DNA from: Mobula hypostoma
Taxonomy: Eukaryota
Length of the DNA: 64,000 nucleotides
Assembly (NCBI RefSeq): GCF_963921235.1
Contig: NC_086097.1
Coordinates: 3,534,001-3,598,000 of the forward strand
Direction: 5' to 3'
Of the stretch, positions 38,186-50,679 are shown one piece after another; positions within the stretch are counted from its first letter, which is position 1; every line of letters starts with the position of its first letter. The translations under genes were made by a program, and so were the position numbers. The notes under the pieces are model-generated. The model did no database searches. It was not told where the DNA came from and was given only the letters and a program-made list of their open reading frames with translations.

Positions 38186-38503
38186 TCAATGTTTTAAAAA
38201 GCAGAGAAAAGGACAAAAGGATTAAAAGTATTTATTCAGATTGGCAATTAGCTTGTATTCATGTCTTGGCTGATATGGCTATCAAGGCCAATTTTTGTTG
38301 GGATGTGGGTTGTTGCATTCTGATGTTATTGATCAAAACATCAGAAGTCAAAAAAGGAATAAAACTTGTTGCTTCATGATCTGCTTATTAAGTGTTAATA
38401 GAACTAGGAGAATAGAAGCAGAGGTCTAGTAGAGGAAGGAAAGAAGATGCAAAGAACAGAGAAAGAATAAAGATGGTGGGCCAATGTATTCAGCCTTTCT
38501 TTT

Positions 38504-38533
38504 ATATATATGTGTGTGTGTGTGTGTGTGTAT
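38504..38533. repeat. (TA)n(TG)n microsatellite
   Basis: Direct reading. Confidence 0.95.
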
Positions 38534-38772
38534 GTTAAATAAAATACAATTGTGCAAAGAAAATAACAATTATACAGTGTAGTGCAACAGGAGCATTGGG
38601 TTAGCTGTGGCTGGTGGCTTCTGGGTGTTTACTCCTGAGTGAGCCCACAGATTTGATCATTGATACCGAATGATGGATAGTGAGGACACATTTTAGTGCT
38701 GTTATTAAAATGATGGTCAGTAGGTTCTCAATGGAATCAGAAAAGAATGTTAACTTTGTCACTGGAACAATA

Positions 38773-39145
38773 AAACCATAAGTCGGAGAAGCAGAATAAG
38801 ACCATTCTGCCCATCGTGTCTGCTCTGCCATTTCATTAAGTCTGATTTATTATCTCTCTCAACTCCATCCTCCTGCCTTCTCCCCATAACCTTTGACACT
38901 CTGACTAATCAAGAACTTATCAACCTCCACTTTAAATATACCCAATGACTCTGCCTCCACAGCTGAATTCCACACATTCACCACCCTTTGGCAAAAGAAA
39001 TTCCTTCTCATCTCTGTTCTAAATGAATGTTCCTCTATTCTCAGGTTGTTCTTTCTGCTCCTAGACTCCCCATCTGTGGAAAACATCCTGCCCACATCCA
39101 CTCTATGCAGGCTTTTCAATATTTGATAGATTTCAATTAGATCCC
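38773..39145 (-). mobile_element. CR1 LINE 3' end
   Basis: DLIEIYQILK, NFFCQRVVNVWNS. Confidence 0.88.
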
Positions 39146-39547
39146 TGTAGTTAAAACTAGGACTGACTTGAGATATTCTTGTCCTTTGTATCCGGAAAAG
39201 CTGAGATGCAAATTGCATCATCTAATATATTCTCGTCATTTCTACAATCTTAGAAAATGTCTGTCCATATTTAGGCAGTTGTGTTATTTGCCAAGTAAAA
39301 TGCATGTGGAACACAAGCTGGAAAAGAATTGAGTGCCAGGAGTTTAAAACATATTTGAGTTCATTTCCCATAAGTATATTATTATCAGATTCAGAATCAG
39401 GTTTAACATCACTGGCATATGTTGGGCAATGTGTTGTTTTTGCAACAACAGAACAGAGCAATACATAATACTCAAAATATTATGAATTATAATAAGAAAT
39501 ATACTGCATATATAAATTAAGTTTATATAGACAGTATATTTAAGTTT

Positions 39548-42500
39548 AGATTCTTATGATACGTCCAGACGATGAATGGATGTTCTGCTCTGTCCAGACA
39601 GTGCCTCCACTCCTCCAAGGCGAGTTTCCAACATCGTAGTTCCGTTCGGCGGGGGATAGATGACGAGAGAAGAAGACGCAGGGATGGTGCTTTTGGTCTG
39701 GGATGGAGCGTTGGGAGAGGACCGCTCCCACCCCAGAGTTGGAGGCGTCAGTTTCCACAATGAACTGGTGAGAGTGGTCAGGATGGACCAGGATGGGAGC
39801 GGAGGTGAAACGTCTCTTCAGCTCAGGGAAGGCTGAGTCGCTTTGGGGGTCCAGTGGAAGGGGGTCGCAGGAGAGATGAGCTGAGTAAGGGGTGCTGCCA
39901 CCCACCTGTAGTCCCTGATGAAGCAACGGTAGAAGTTTGCGAACCCCGGAAATCGCTGGAGTTGTTTGAGCGTTGTGGGTTTTGGCCATTCTGCCACCGC
40001 CCGGATCTTTTTGGGATCCACCCTCACTTGCCCGCTCTCAGTGATGTACCCCAGGAAACTGACAGAACGGGCATAGAACTCGCACTTCTCTGCTTATTCT
40101 CCAAAAGCCGCTGAAGGACCTGACGGATGTGGTGGGTGTGCTAATGAAGACTACAGGAGAAGGGAAGATTAGGATGTCATCCAAATAAACGAAAACAAAA
40201 CGGTTAATAAAGTCCCTAAGGATATCGCTTACCAGGGCTTGGAAGATGGCGAGGGCATTGGTGAGACTGAATGGCATGACCAGATATTCGAAATGACCAA
40301 GGGAGGTGTTAAAAGCTGTTTTCCATTCACCCCCTCCCTTATCCTGACCGGGTGATAGGCATTCCACAAGTCCAACCGAGAGAAAATTGTGTGAAGGGGC
40401 TCGAAAGCAGAGTTGATAAGGGGCAGGGGATACTTATTCTTTATGGTAATGTTGTTCAGGCCACGGTAGTCAATGCAGGGGTGCAGTGAGTCGACTTTCT
40501 TCCCCATAGAGAAGAAACCAGCGCCTACAGGGGAAGATGAGGGTCGGATGATGCCAGCCGCGAGGGAGTAATTTACATACGTCTCCATAGTTTCTCTTTC
40601 TGGTCGGGACAGGTTGTACAGCCGACTGGTGGATAGTGAGGCTCCGGGGAGAAGGTCAATCGCACAATCGTAAGGGCGACGTGGAGGCAGAGAAAGGGCC
40701 TGTTGTTTGCTAAACACCTCTCCCAGATCGTGATACTCTACTGGAACCTTGGACAAGTCAGGGGGCTCAGAGGCGGACGAGGTCGCAGTGACCTCCATTG
40801 GGGAAAGGGCTGATTGCAGACAAGTACGAACTCCAGCTGACTATCTTCCCAGTGGGCCAGTCGATGTGGGGGTCATGACGGCTTAACCAGGGATAACCAA
40901 GAACTATAGGGGCTTGAGGAGAGGAAATTAAATTGAATCGTACCTGTTCCCGATGGTTTCTGGAGAGAAGGAGAGGCAGGGGTTCCGTGCAGTGTGTAAC
41001 TCAGGCCAGAAGTCTATCGTCCAGTGCCTGGGCGTCCGGGGGGTACACAATGGCTCTCGAGGAATTCCGGCTTGGAAGGCTAAGTCTTTATCCAGAAAGT
41101 TTCCCTCAGCGCCGGAGTCCACTAGTGCCAACAGAGGCAGGGACTGTTGGTTGTAACACAGAGTGGCGTGAATATGCATCCGGGGTCGGGGGACAGAAGG
41201 GAATGTTGTCTGGCTCACCAGGGTCCCCCCGCTACTGGTGAGCCCTCCCTTTTGGCCGAAGGGGGAAGATGGCAAGGAAGTGGCCGGACTGGCCGCAATA
41301 GAGACACTCACCCACTCTCAGTCTCCGGAGTCGTTCAGCGGGAGAAGGGCGGTTCCGTCCCAGCTGCATGGGTTCCTCTTCCGGGGCGGTGGAAACGGCA
41401 GGGCTGGGAGCTACTCGGGGTGCAGGAGGGGGAGAGAGGCTTGTTCTGGCGGGAGGCGGTAATGAGTGCCGTGGAGTGGCCAAAGGTGGTGGACGACCAG
41501 TTCTTTCTCTATGGCGTTCGCGGAGACGATTGTCCAACCTGGTGGCTGGGAAAATCAGGGAATCCAGGCTGTTGGTGTCGTCTCTTGCCGCCAATTGATC
41601 TTTCACTATATCGCTGAGACCATTCCGAAATACCCCTTGGAGTGTCTCATCGTTCCACCCCGAGTCAGTCACTGACGTCTGGAACTACACGGAATATTTG
41701 GCAACACTGCGTGAGCCCTGGCGGAGAATGAGTAGACGCCTGGTGGTGTCTTTACTACGGACGGGTGGTCAAAGTCCTTTCCCATTTCCGTGATAAAGGT
41801 GGCGAAAGAGGAGCAGATATCCAGTTGGTTATCCCAAACTGCTGTGGCCCACGCAAATGCACTTCCCCGTAACAACCCCACAATGTAAGCAATCTTTGAT
41901 TTATCCATACAGTACGTGGACGACTGCTGTTCGAACACCAGGGAGCACTGAAGGAGGAAACCCCGGCACTTCCCCAAATCTCCCGCGTTGTGCTCTGGCT
42001 CTGGTACGTGAGGCTCTCAGGGTGGGGGTGTTGGTGACTTGTGGAGTGTTGCCACTACAGGCTGTCTGCGCTGGTTAGACAGGGTTCCAGGAGTGGGTTG
42101 AGTGAAATGAGTGGAGACACGGTCCACTTGGTTACCGATCTGCGTGACGTGAGCAGAGAGGGAACAGAGGTTCTCCATGATATCTCAGAGCAGTTGGTCG
42201 TGCTGTCCCAGTAGGGAACACTGGCTGCCGAAGGCTTGTTGAAGGGTGTTTGTGTCCGCTGGGTCCATGGTGGCCAGGTCGTTCTGTTGCAAGGAACGAG
42301 GCGAACCAAAACGCAGGACACTGGCATGGAGATTGAGTTAGGATGCAGATGAGGGCGTGAGAGTGGCTGGAGCTGAGCAGCAAACAGGAGGGTGAACAGG
42401 AAAGCAGGAGGCAGGAAGAACTTATCTTGACACGGAGCGTAGAAAGGCAAGTGGTAGACAATACTTTTCTTGACACGGAGAGACAGAGTTACACAGGTAA

Positions 42501-42700
42501 CCTTGGTACTGAAGTAAAACTTAGAATACAGAATCCTAAGCGGCCGGGAATGTTAATCTCTACACTGGCTAAAACAATGATCTGGCAATGAGTGGATGCA
42601 AAGCTGGGGTTTTTATGCTGCAGGTCTTGATGAGAACCAGGTGGGCCGCCATCAAAGGGAATGAGGAGAAAATGGGGAATTAACAGTCGGGACCGTGACA
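39548..42700 (-). mobile_element. Gypsy/Ty3 LTR retrotransposon (Tf1/sushi-like): 5' LTR, gag, protease, RT and partial RNase H; integrase and 3' LTR missing
   Basis: Gag start MDPADT; knuckle CLYCGQSGH; protease [34 protein letters not shown]; RNase [15 protein letters not shown]. Frameshifted, and inserted in a Rex1 3' UTR. Confidence 0.96.
42285..42700 (-). repeat. 5' LTR of the Gypsy element
   Basis: Minus strand TGTCACGG...CCTTGCAACA; TATA-like CATAAAAA at 42610-42617; followed by GAACGACCTGGC and the gag ATG. Confidence 0.9.
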
Positions 42701-42899
42701 GTTTAGTAATTCGTGCAAAAATAGTTGGTTCGTGGGTTCATTATCCGTTCAGAAATCTAATGGCAGAGGGGAAGAAACTATTCCTGAAACAGAGTGTGTG
42801 TCTTCAGGCTCCTGTGCCTCTTCCTTGATGGTAGCAATAAGAGGGCATGTCCTGGGTGATGGGGATTCTTAATGTAAAAGATCTTTGACCAGTGGCCAA

Positions 42900-45800
42900 T
42901 GCAGACTTCAGAAGTTTGAAGAGGAGGGGACTTTCACTCAGGTCCCCTGCCCAAGGATAAAAGGCAGCAGTGAGTCAGTACAGTGAAAGAGAGCTTTAAC
43001 CAGCAGCCAGCCGGCATCTGGGATTGATTAGCAAAAGCAAATTAAAGGAAGGCAAGGGCAAGCGCATAGACAGTCAGAGTGGTGATCTTGAGGTTTTAGC
43101 TCTTCGAGGCTTCCACGAAGAGAATCTTCAGTCAGAGAAAGCCAAGGGAAGAAAAGGTCAAGGTCTTACCTTATTTTTATTTGCTGAGCTAGGAGATTAA
43201 GGATGGCAGCAGGATAGTGGAATGCTACTCTCGAGTGATGTGGGATGGCAGGGAGACTTTCATTGTTAGGGAGAGTCTCCAGCTTCTTACAGACTGCGTT
43301 AAGTAGTTGGAGCTGGAACTGGATGAACTCCAGATCATTCGGGAGGCTGAGGGGGTGATAGATAGGACATATAGAGAGGTAGTTACGCCCAAGGTGCAGG
43401 ACACAGGAAACTGGGTGACAGTCAGGAAGGGGAAAGGGGTTAAGGAGCCAGTGCAGAGTGCCCCTGTGGCCATCCCCTCAAGCACAGATATCTCACTTGG
43501 GATACTGTTGTGGGGGGTGGGTTGGGGGTGATCTAATAGAAGAAAGTCGCAATGGGCGATCCTCGGGCATCAAGTCTGGCTTTGTGACTCAGAGGGGGAG
43601 GGAGGAGAAGAGGAGCATTGAGGTGTTAGGGGATTCATTAGCTGAGAGAGCAGACAGGAGGTTCTGTGGGCTAGAATGAGATTCCCAGATGGTATGTAGC
43701 CTCCTGGGTGTCAGGGTCTGGGATTCTCAGATCACATTCTCAGCATTATTAAGTGGGAGGGTGAACAGTTAGAGGTCGTGGTCCATGCAGGTACCAATGA
43801 CATGGGTGTAGGGCAAGTGATGAGGTTCTGCATAGGGAGTTCAGGGAGAGGGGTGCTAAGTTAGAGGGCAGGACTCCAGGCTTGTGATCTCAGGATTGTT
43901 CCCTGTGCCACATGCTGGTGAGGCCAGAACTAGGAAGATCATACAGTTTAATTCATGGTTAGGGAATTGGGGGAGGAGAAAGGGCATAAGAATTTTGGAT
44001 CATTGGGCTCTGTTCCAGGGAAGGTCAGACCTGTACAGAAGTGATTGTTTGCACCTCAACTGGAGGAGAACTAATATCCCAACGGGAAAGTTTGTAAATG
44101 CTGCACAGAGGGGTTTAAGCTAGAGTTGTGGGCAGGGGGGAGGTGGGAACCAGAGTGTCAGGACAGTTAGTGGAGAGGGTGTGGAGACAGGTGTTGGTAA
44201 GATCTCAGTCAAAGTTAGGAATCAAAAGATTGAACATGGTGCGACTAGTGTCCTGAGCTGCTTATACTTCAATGCGAGAAGTGTCGTAGGAAAGGCGGAT
44301 GATAATGTCGAAGATAAGGTAGCTGGTTGACAAAGAGAGGCGACGTGTAGTGAGGAGAGGCTGTTGACAGGAAACATTGAAGTCAACAGGAGGAATTGCA
44401 ACATAAAAGCTGGACAAAATCAAAAAAGGATGAATACAGGACTGAAGGTATTGTATCTGAATGTGTGCAGTATATGGAATAAGGTAGATAAACGTAGCAC
44501 AGTTGCAGATTGGCAGGTATGATATTATAGGCACCACTGAACCATGGATGAAAGAAGATTATAGCTGGGAGCTTAATGTCCGAGGTTAGACGTTGTATCG
44601 AAAGGACAGGAAGGAAGGCAGAGAAGGCCGTGCTGCTCTGTTGGTAAAAAATGAAATGAAATCTTTAGAGAAAGGTGACATGGGGTCGGAAAGTGTTGAA
44701 TCATTGTGGATTGAGTTTAGGAACTGCAAAGATAAAAATACCCTGATGGGGATCCCCAAACAGTAGTAAGGATGTGGTCTGCAAATTACAACGGGAGATA
44801 GAAAATGCATGCCAAAAGGACAATGATACAATAGTCATGGGGGACTTCATACCGGTAGATTGGGAAAATCAGGTTGGTGCTGTACTAAGGGAGGGGGAGT
44901 TTCTGGAATGCCTACGAGATGGCTTTTTAGAGCAGCTCGTGGCTGAGCCCACTAGACTATCAACTATTCTGCACTGGGTGTTGTGCAATGAACTGGAATT
45001 AATTAGACAGCTTAAGGTAAAAGAACCATAAAGGGAAGTGATCATAATATGATCAAATTTACCCTGAAATTTGAGAAGGAAAGGCTAAGGTCTGATGTAC
45101 TAGGATTACAGTGGTGTAAAGGGAATTACAGAGACATGAGACAGGAGTAGGCCAGAATTGATTGGAAAAGAGCACTGGCAGGGATGACGGCAGAGCAGCA
45201 ATGTCTGGAATTTCTGGAAGCAATTTGGAAGGCACAGGATATATACATCCCAAAAAGGAAGAAGTATTCTAAAGGAAAAATGACACAACAGTGATGAACA
45301 AGAAAAGTTAACACCAACAGATAAGCTGCAGGGACGGCATTTAACAGAGCAAAGATTAGTGGGAAGTTACAGGATTGAGAAGCTTTTAAAAACCAGCAAA
45401 AAGCAACTAAAAATCATTAAGAGTGTAAAAATGGAGTAAGAAAGTAGCCTAGCCAATAATATTAAAGAGGTTGCTCAACATTTTTTCAGACATATTAAGT
45501 GTAAAAGAGAGGTGAGAGTGGATATCAGACCGCTGGAAATTGATGCTGGAGAGGTAGAAATGAGGGACAAGAAACTGGCGGACGAACTGAGTAAGTTTTT
45601 ATATCAGTCTTCACTGTGGAAGACACTAGCAGTATGGTGGAAGTTCCAGGTCTCAGGGTTCATGAAGTGTGTGAAGTCACCATAACTAGAGAGAAGTTTC
45701 TTGAGCAACTGAAAGGTCTGAAGGTAGATGAGTGACCTGGACCAGATGGTGTACACCCCAGAGTTCTGAAAGAAGTGGCTGAAGAGATCGTGGAGGCATT

Positions 45801-46915
45801 AGTAATGATCGTTCAAGGACTACTAGGTTCTGGAATGGTTCCAGAAGACTGGAAAATTGCAAATGTCATTCCACTCTTCAAGAAGGAAGAGAAGCAGAAG
45901 AAAGGAAACCATAGGCCAGTTAGTCTGACCTCAATAGCTGAGAACATGTTTTAGTCAATTATTAAGGATGAGTTCTCAGGGTACTTGGAGGCACATGATA
46001 AAATAGACCTCAGTCAGCATGGTTTCTTCGAGGGAAGATCTTGTGGGACAAATCTGATGAAATTCTTTGAAGAAATAACAAGCAAGATAGACAAAGAAGA
46101 AATGGTTGATATTGCGTACTTGGATTTTCAGAAGTCATTTGACAAGGTGCCACACATGAGACTGCTTAATAAGTTACCAGCCAATGGTATTACAGGAAAG
46201 ATTTTAGCATGGATAAAGCAGTAGTTGATTGTCAGGAGGCAAAGAGTGGGAATAAATGGAACCTTTTCCGGCTGCCCGCCAGTGACTAGTGGTGTTGCAT
46301 AGTGGTCTGTGTTGGGCTGAATCTTTTTACATTATATGTAAATGATTTGGATGATGGAATTGATGGCTTTTTTGCAATGTTTGGAAAGCACTAGTGAGGA
46401 CTCAGTTGGAGTATTGTGAGCAGTTTTGAGCCCCGTATCTTAGAAAGGATGTGCTGAAACTGGAGAGGGTTCAAAGGAGATTCACGAAAATGATTCCAGG
46501 ATTGAATGGCTTGTCATATGAAGAGCGTTTGATAGCTCTGGGCCTGCATTCATTGGAAATTGGAAGAAGGAGGGGTGACCAAATTGAAACCTATTGAATG
46601 GTGAAAGGCCTTGATAGAGTGGATGTGGAGAGGATGTCTCCTATGATGACCAGAGGACACAGCCTCAGAGTACATGGAGATGAGGCAGAATTTCTTTACC
46701 CAGAGAGTGGTGAATCTGTGTAACTCTTTGCCACAGGCAGCTGTGGAGGCCAAGTCTTTATGTATATTTAAGGCAGAGGTTGATAGATTCTTCATTGGTC
46801 AGGGCATGAGGGGATACAGGGAGAAGGCAGAAGATTAGATTAGCAATGATGAAATGGTAGTGCAAACTCGATGGGCCAAATGGCCTAATTCTGCTCCTAT
46901 ATCTTATGGTCTATG
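42900..46915 (+). mobile_element. Near full-length decayed CR1 LINE (5' UTR, ORF1, ORF2, 3' UTR), apparently chimeric
   Basis: ORF1 ELELDELQIIREAEGVIDRTY, VLGDSL, HLNWRRTN; ORF2 EN and RT motifs (YLDFQKSFDKVPH); tail CCTATATCTTATGGTCT. Confidence 0.92.
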
Positions 46916-47375
46916 ATGAGTGCTGCCTTTTTGAGGTGTTACCTTTTGAATGTATTCTTGATGCTGGGGAGCCTAGTGTTCATGATAGACTAATGTCACT
47001 GCATCTTCTCCCAGAGAATAGCTCGGAACATTCCTTAAGAAAATGCTATGATGCATTTACATATTTAAGCTTTTGTTCAAAACAGTAGGATCACAAATCT
47101 ATTACATTCAGTGTTGGAATGAAGCACAAATATTTCCAAACAGATGGTTGTCACACAGATCAAATAAAACAGTTCAATCATTTTGATAAGTGGCTTATTA
47201 AATCAGTGATGCCTTTCCAGATTTCATTTCAACTCTCTGCAAAAGCAACACTTTAACTTACACAGCTTTATTTGATTGATTATTTGCTTTTTAATATCTT
47301 ATGAAAAAATAAGGAAAACTGTTTTGAACACCTCTCTGTAAACTCAATATTGTGAAACAACATGTTTGTTTGCTA

Positions 47376-48408
47376 ACAACAGGAATTCTGCAGATGCTGG
47401 AAATTCAAGCAACATACATCAAAGTTGCTGGTGAATGCAGCAGGCCAGGCAGCATCTATAGGAAGAAGCGCAGTCGACGTTTCAGGCCGAGACCCTTCGT
47501 CAGGACTAACTGAAGGAAGAGTGAGTAAGGGATTTGAAAGCTGGAGGGGGAGGGGGAGATGCAAAATGATAGGAGAAGACAGGAGGGGGAGGGATAGAGC
47601 CGAGAGCTGGACAGGTGATAGGCAGAAGGGGATACGAGAGGATCATGGGACAGGAGGTCCGGGAAGAAAGACGGGGGGGGGGGTGACCCAGAGGATGGGC
47701 AAGAGGTATATTTAGAGGGACAGAGGGAGAAAAAGGAGAGTGAGAGAAAGAATGTGTGCATTAAAAAGAGTAACAGATGGGGTACGAGGGGGAGGTGGGG
47801 CCTAGCGGAAGTTAGAGAAGTCAATGTTCATGCCATCAGGTTGGAGGCTACCCATACGGAATATAAGGTGTTGTTCCTCCAACCTGAGTGTGGCTTCATC
47901 TTTACAGTAGAGGAGGCCGTGGATAGACATGTCAGAATGGGAATGGGATGTGGAATTAAAATGTGTGGCCACTGGGAGATCCTGCTTTCTCTGGCGGACA
48001 GAGCGTAGATGTTCAGCAAAGCGGTCTTCCAGTCTGTGTCGGGTCTCACCAATATATAAAAGGCCACATCGGGAGCACCGGACGCAGTACACCACCCCAG
48101 TCGACTCACAGGTGAAGTGATGCCTCACCTGGAAGAACTGTTTGGGGCCCTGAATGGTGGTAAGGGAGGAAGTGTAAGGGCATGTGTAGCACTTGTTCCG
48201 CTTACACGGATAAGTGCCAGGAGGGAGATCAGTGGGGAGGGATGGGGGGGACGAATGGACAAGGGAGTTGTGTAGGGAGCGATCCCTGCGGAATGCAGAG
48301 AGAGGGGGGAAGGGAAAGATATGCTTAGTGGTGGGATCCCGTTGGAGGTGGCGGAAGTTACGGAGAATAATATGTTGGACCCGGAGGCTGGTGGGGTGGT
48401 AGGTGAGG
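47376..48408 (-). mobile_element. Penelope-like retroelement, 5'-truncated, with GIY-YIG endonuclease and terminal repeat
   Basis: FTCESTGVVYCVRCSRCGLLYIGETRHRLEDRFAEH...GMNIDFSNFR*; 12-bp TSD GTTTGTTTGCTA at 47364-47375 and 48409-48420. Confidence 0.96.
47471..47508 (-). ncRNA. Minimal type I hammerhead ribozyme motif (Penelope-associated), intact core
   Basis: TAGTC-CTGACGA-AGGGTCTCGGCCT-GAAA-C-GTC^-GACTG: stem I AGTC/GACT, stem II AGG/CCT, palindromic ACGT in place of stem III. Confidence 0.8.
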
Positions 48409-49249
48409 GTTTGTTTGCTAGTTGATTTATTATCAATGGAAACCAAAATATGATAAAAATCAGGGATAATGTGAATTGGACAAGATCAGCAATTTTCCTC
48501 ATGGGTCCTCAGTTATGTGCAGTAACACACTGAGGAGACTGGCTACACGGTGACGACTATGTGACCCTAATACCTGGACTCTTCTTCCTGTGCCAACATC
48601 TATGCAGGGTTATAAACACAAGAGATGCTGGAAATCCACAAAATGATGTCAGCAGGTCAGGCAGCATCTATGGAAAGGAATAAACAGTCAAGACCGAGCT
48701 GAGACCCTCCATGTAGGGTTCAGGCCTTTCAAGAATATTTGAAGCCTGCTTCAATATTGCTTAGAGCCTCCTGTCTGAGTAGGCCCCAATCTGGCACTGA
48801 GAATTCACCTCAGCCTGGTGCTAGCATACTCACCTGACCCTCCCCGAACCCCCACTTACCACCAGCCCAAATAGTGACACCCATGCCTTCAGAGCTTACA
48901 GCTTCTCAAGCTCATACTCACTGCTCTGACCTAAACTGAAACTGAAAGCAACACTATCTTTCCAACCACAGATCTACTGACCCAACCCAATGTCCATGGG
49001 ACCACTGGTGCCCAATGCTAGCCAGCCGCACCTGCCCTAACAGCTCCTAACCAATGGCCTCCAGCATCTCCCACACTGCCTAACAACCCTTCCGCATGCA
49101 ACCCTTGACCAGCAGTAAGGACTCTCAACATCCAGAACATTCCACCGTCTCCCCACTGCAGGTAGGGAGGAGATACAGGAGCATGAAGATCCACACTCAA
49201 CCTCTTAAGAACAGCTTCCCCCCTCTGCCACCAGCTACAGCGACCTCTG

Positions 49250-50610
49250 GTAAGACCCATGGAGGGGGAGTGAGGAGTGAGGAGGAGCAGTGAAGAGTAA
49301 GGAGGAGGAGGAGGAAGAGGAGTGAGGAGGAGGAGGAGTGAGGAGGAGGAGGAGTGAAGAGTGTGCATGTTAAAACCCATGGAGGCATGAGGAGGAGGAG
49401 GAAGAGGAGTGTGTATTTTTGTTAAAACCCATGGAGGAGATGAGGAGTAAGGAGGAATGTGTATCTATGTTAAAACTCAGGGAGGAGTAGGACGAGAAGA
49501 GTGTTTCCATGGTTAAACCCATGGAAGAGGAGTGAGGAGGAGGAGTGTGTATCTATGTCAAAACCCATGGAGGAGGAGTGAGGAGGAAGAGGAGGAGGAG
49601 GAGGACTGTGTATCTACATTTAAACCCATGGAGGAGGAATAAAGAGGAGGAGTGGCAGGATACTTGGTAGTGTGGAGGAGCAGAGGGATCTTGGGGTACA
49701 TGTCCACAGATCCCTGAAAGTTGCCTCACAGGTGGATAGGGTAGTTAAGAAAGCTTATGGGGTGTTAGCTTTCATAAGTCGAGGGATAGAGTTTAAGAGT
49801 CGCAATGTAATGATGCAGCTCTATAAAACTCTGGTTAGGCCACGCTTGGAGTACTGCGTCCAGTTCTGGTTGCCTCACTATAGGAAGGATGTGGAAGCAT
49901 TGGAAAGGGTACAGAGGAGATTTACCAGGATGTTGCCTGGTTTAGAAAGTATGCATTATGATCAGAGATAAAGGGAGCTAGGGCTTTACTCTTTGGAGAG
50001 AAGGAGGATGAGAGGAGACATGATAGAGGTATACAAGATAATAAGAGGAATAGATAGAGTGGATAGCCAGCGCCTCTTCCCCAGGGCACCACTGCTCAAT
50101 ACAAGAGGACATGGCTTTAAGGTAAGGGGTGGGAAGTTCAAGGGGGATATTAGAGGAAGGTTTTTCACTCAGAGAGTGGTTGGTGCGTGGAATGCACTGC
50201 CTGAGTCAGTGGTGGAGGCAGATACACTAGTGAAGTTTAAGAGACTACTAGACAGGTAAATGGAGGAATTTAAGGTAGGGGGGTTGTATACTTTATACTT
50301 CATACTTTATTGCCGCCAAACAATTGATACTAGAGTGTACAATCATCACAGTGATATTTGATTCTGTTCTTCATGCTCCCTGGAGTACAAATCAGTAGTA
50401 AATATTAAAAATTTTAATTATAAATCATAAACAGAAAATAGAAAAGGGAAAGTAAAGTAGTGCAAAAAAAGCTGGGAGGCAGAGTTTGAGGGTCGGCACA
50501 ACAATATGGGCCGAAGGGCCTGTACTGTGCTGTACTATTCTATGTTCTATGTTCTACATTAAAACCCTTGGAGGTGAAATGAGTGAGGAGGAGGGGGAGT
50601 GCGTATCTAG
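49250..50610. repeat. GA-rich minisatellite (AAACCCATGGAGGAGGAGTGAGGAGG..GTGTATCTATGT) split by a CR1
   Basis: About seven variable units at 49250-49655 and one more at 50555-50610. Confidence 0.88.
49655..50555 (+). mobile_element. CR1 LINE 3' part (with a Rex1-type 3' UTR inserted at ~50287-50472)
   Basis: LYKTLVRPRLEYCVQFWLPHYRKD; (TTCTATG)n tail. Confidence 0.93.
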
Positions 50611-50679
50611 TTAGTGAGAACACTTCAATAGTGATGACCCACTGTTCACCTCTGGTAGAGTTTTTAACAGTTTTTGATT

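Noticed and set aside
39546..42476. Domesticated gag gene (PEG10/RTL-like)
   Set aside because: It retains an LTR, has frameshifts and stops in gag and pol, and the CCHC knuckle is mutated.
47802..48446. 214-aa ORF as a host nuclease gene
   Set aside because: It is a truncated Penelope GIY-YIG domain bounded by TSDs; the start codon comes from flanking DNA.
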